Of a DNA stretch of 64,000 nt, positions 59,440-64,000 are shown one piece after another. The notes beneath the pieces were generated by a model. It was given only the letters and a program-made list of their open reading frames with translations. It was not told where the DNA came from and searched no databases. A program made the translations under genes and the position numbers. Where the stretch lies: positions 36,208,001 through 36,272,000 of the forward strand of contig OZ024745.1 of assembly GCA_964016885.1 (NCBI GenBank), in the 5' to 3' direction. Positions within the stretch are counted from its first letter, which is position 1. Each line of letters starts with the position of its first letter. This stretch comes from Eledone cirrhosa (lineage: Eukaryota).

Positions 59440-59560
59440 ATATATATATATATATGTGTGTGTCTGTGAAGTAATTCCGTCGGAAAGGTCCAGGAAAAAA
59501 GAGTGCTCTATATAGGTAACAGAGCTTAATAGTTATGTAATAAACAACATTAGATAATTA

Positions 59561-59621
59561 TTTCATTTACCAGTGGTTTCTTGAATGCTAACAACATTTG
59601 CTTTCAGTCATCAGAATGAAA
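59561..59621 (-). ncRNA. Type I hammerhead ribozyme
   Basis: TTTCATT-CTGATGA-cTGAA...TTCAa-GAAA-CCAcTGG-TA-AATGAAA; 7-bp stem I. Confidence 0.88.
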
Positions 59622-59877
59622 AAGTCGTGGTGTATTTATTGACAGTGGCTTTTAAAAACAAAAATATAATCTATATGAAAGTGAGGCTGGAAAAGGAAGA
59701 AGGAAATGAAAAAGAATTAATATATAAGTAGATAAACACACACACACACGCATACACACATATACATACACACATACATATATATATATATTTATATACA
59801 TACACACATATATACACACACACACACATATATATATATATATCCATACATACACATACACATAAATACACAATCAT

Positions 59878-59911
<34 letters not shown>

Positions 59912-60237
59912 TACACACACACACAATCATACATATATACACACGTACATGCACACGCATACATACACACATATATACACGTATGCATACGCACACACAT
60001 ATATAGAAATATGTACACGCAGCTACATACGCACACACACAATTAATTATAAGAAAAAATAAAAAAACAATGAACAACCGTATAATAGGCCATCACATAA
60101 AAATTTTAAATATATGACATAAGAAAATAAAAATTATTATAAAGTTGACAGCGATACCGGAAAGGACACAAATAAATAAACAAACACACGTGGTAAGCAA
60201 TACACACATTTACATATACACATACATATAAATATAT

Positions 60238-60298
<61 letters not shown>

Positions 60299-60346
60299 CG
60301 CCGATTGGCGCCCGACAGACTGGTCGGTCAAGGTGAACAAGGGTTT

Positions 60347-60409
<63 letters not shown>

Positions 60410-60440
60410 TATATCTCACCTTGATCACCTTTACCGCACC

Positions 60441-61074
60441 ATTATAATTGAATATAAAAGAAAAACGTACACAGATATATACCTATATGTGTTCAAATCG
60501 CAAGGACCAGATTCGCTAAGGTGAAAAAAATACTAACTATAGACAATAGGGTTTGCCTGTCTCAATTTAAGAAAAAATCAAGAAAATAAATACAAACCGG
60601 AATTGTAGTAACTACCAATAACCCAGACAGCTTGGTGCTGTTTTGCAATATTAATTGGGAATAGAATTACCAATTCTTGCTCATCAGTGGGTGATGAATG
60701 GCTGCTGCTATTTTTAGTGGTGTAAGTTTGTGAGACACGCTAAGATACGATGTGTGTTATTATATATAGCACACTATTCAGTTCCTTAATATACTTAGAA
60801 GTGTCTAGGATACTAATTCATCACCAACTGTTGAGCAAGAATTCGTAATTCTATTCACAATTAATATTGCAAAAGAGCACCAAGCTGTCCGGGTGATTGG
60901 TAGTTACCACAATTCCGGTTTTTATTTATTTTCTTGATTTTTTCTTAAATTGAGACAGGCAAACCCTATTGTCTATAGTTAGTATTCTATTCACCTTAGC
61001 GAATCTGGTCCCTTGCGATTTAAACACATATATGTATATATCTGTGTTCGTTTTTCTTTTATATTCAATTATAA
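60441..61074. repeat. Fold-back element (~260-bp arms), each arm with an HHR (60622-60691 -, 60824-60893 +)
   Basis: CCCA-CTGATGA-GCAA...TTGC-AAAA-CAGC-accaa-GCTG-TC-TGGG; G12 reads A in both arms. Confidence 0.9.
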
Positions 61075-61195
61075 TATATATCTTTCTTGGAGCTATTTTA
61101 TTGTAAGAGACTATTTTGAGTTCCTCACTCAACATATACCTTTGATATATATATATATATATATGTGTAAGTGTGTGTGTGTGTGTATGTGTGTG

Positions 61196-61243
<48 letters not shown>

Positions 61244-61457
61244 CAATATGATGTAAAAATATGTAGCCGTACAAAAATAAGGAGACGGTGATTGGTAGGA
61301 TTATTTCCTATTTAATTTAATTTATAAGATGTTCTCTTTAATGACATGTTTAACATTTTATTGTTCATTGTCTGAAGAACATAACAATGCAGGCTTTACC
61401 TGCACAACTTCTCGTCACACAAACGTACAGATGCGCGCACTGTCTCTTAACACAATC

Positions 61458-61499
<42 letters not shown>

Positions 61500-61604
61500 A
61501 TATATACATGTATATATGTATATATATATTCGCATATACATGTATGTATATATGCATGTATGTATACATCTATATATGTATTTATGAATATGTATGTATA
61601 CATC

Positions 61605-61674
<70 letters not shown>

Positions 61675-62203
61675 TGTATATATAAATATATAGATATATA
61701 GATAACAAAGGAATTGTGGTAAGGAACCAGATGGACCATAACACACGAGAGTACTCAATACTCACGGTAGTAGAGTGGGAAATTAGAAAAAGTATGACCC
61801 CGACGGCAGAGCTCAAACCGTTTCGACGGCTATTTCTGGACTGAAATAGCAGTCGAAACCTTTGAGCTCTGCCGTCGGGGGTCATACTTTTTTCCTAGAT
61901 ATATAGATATATAGATGTACATGTATATATATACATATATATATATATACAGTTGCAACATATATATATATCTTTGATTTAATTTTATGTATATGATAAC
62001 CTTTATATTTAATAATCTCCCAATTGGTTGAGATTAAATTTGGCGATATATGGCTGCGCTTTCTAGCAGCAAGCCTACCCGCCATAAGCAACCAATCACA
62101 CGCTTTCTCTCTGGCTGGTACACAGCTACATAGCGATCTTAGCCATTTTTGAATCTTAATTTGGCGCGGTCGGTTTGAGAAAATAAATGTCTGATTCTGA
62201 GTT

Positions 62204-62283
62204 TATCCACTGATGAAACCTAACTCAGGATATTTCCATATTATTTGGATGTCCTAAATAAGGAAGAAACCATGGTAGGGATA
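62204..62283 (+). ncRNA. Type I hammerhead ribozyme with long stem II in a (TA)n-flanked solo element (~61970-62570)
   Basis: TATCCA-CTGATGA-aaCCT...AGGaa-GAAA-CCATGG-TA-GGGATA. Confidence 0.8.
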
Positions 62284-62568
62284 TAATTACGGTATGTGCG
62301 CATTTCTTCTAGGTTTAATTTTACTACTAATTATATGCGGTTGACGGTATATTTGATCGGATTCTGCATGCTGCCGAAATGTTTGATAAATAGTGGAACG
62401 GAGCTGCTGCGAAGAGGCTACGATCAATTGTTTGTCGGGGATTTCCCCGTAAGAAAATTTATTCTTAAAGCTTGCTAGATTTGATTTTGTATATGGTTAA
62501 TTATGCTGATTAGAGGAAGAAATAGTATATATCTTAATATCTGATTGATTCTATAGACATGTTTTATG

Positions 62569-62622
<54 letters not shown>

Positions 62623-62636
62623 TTATATATATATAC

Positions 62637-62711
<75 letters not shown>

Positions 62712-62742
62712 CATATATATATATGTATATATATATATATAC

Positions 62743-63444
<702 letters not shown>

Positions 63445-63697
63445 AAGTAAGTTTATTTTTGTGCACAATATACAAACCGGTTTAGCTGTGACAGATCTTT
63501 TACATACTACAATTAGCAATCTTATATCTGTAGAGTTACCATTACGTAATCCCTCACTAATAAGTCTCTAAACAAATCACATTGATCCTACTTGTGCTTC
63601 TACCTTTTGTTAACCATAGTAACTCTTGGTATATAAAACGCCATAAATCTTACATTTAGACTTACCAGAGAAATATCATGTAGTTTATATATACATC

Positions 63698-63873
<176 letters not shown>

Positions 63874-63896
63874 ATATATATGTATATATATATATA

Positions 63897-63931
<35 letters not shown>

Positions 63932-64000
63932 GTTATGTTGGTACCACAACATCCAATCCGAAACAAATGAGGTCGTGTAGGTGTCACGACAAAAAAACAC

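Larger units (their letters stand above)
56868..59445 (-). mobile_element. 5'-truncated Penelope-like element (Neptune-like) with a long low-complexity 3' region ending in an HHR-bearing pLTR
   Basis: The ORF listed below, internal duplications (57260-57480 vs 57510-57815; 58222-58290 vs the ORF end), HHR at 57006-57043, and (TA)n flanks. Confidence 0.85.

Overview
Eukaryotic (metazoan), AT-rich, almost purely repetitive DNA with dozens of (TA)n/(CA)n/(GA)n microsatellites and no confidently identifiable host gene. The tRNA-derived SINE sequences suggest an octopod/cephalopod genome (inference from recalled SINE sequence). The window contains four distinct Penelope-like retroelements (PLEs, RT + GIY-YIG), a deleted mariner, decayed CRE-, R4/Dong- and RTE-type LINE fragments and many SINEs. 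The most striking content is a dense set of short non-coding elements sitting in (TA)n tracts, arranged as fold-back palindromes or 0.5-0.6 kb tandem arrays. Many of these carry type-I hammerhead ribozyme (HHR) motifs read by eye from about ten sequence-unrelated families, including U3-A8 compensatory core variants. In four families a shared hairpin (RYTGCTA-TTTY-TAGYRGY) lies 100-160 nt upstream of the HHR. Most short ORFs in the supplied track are microsatellite artefacts.
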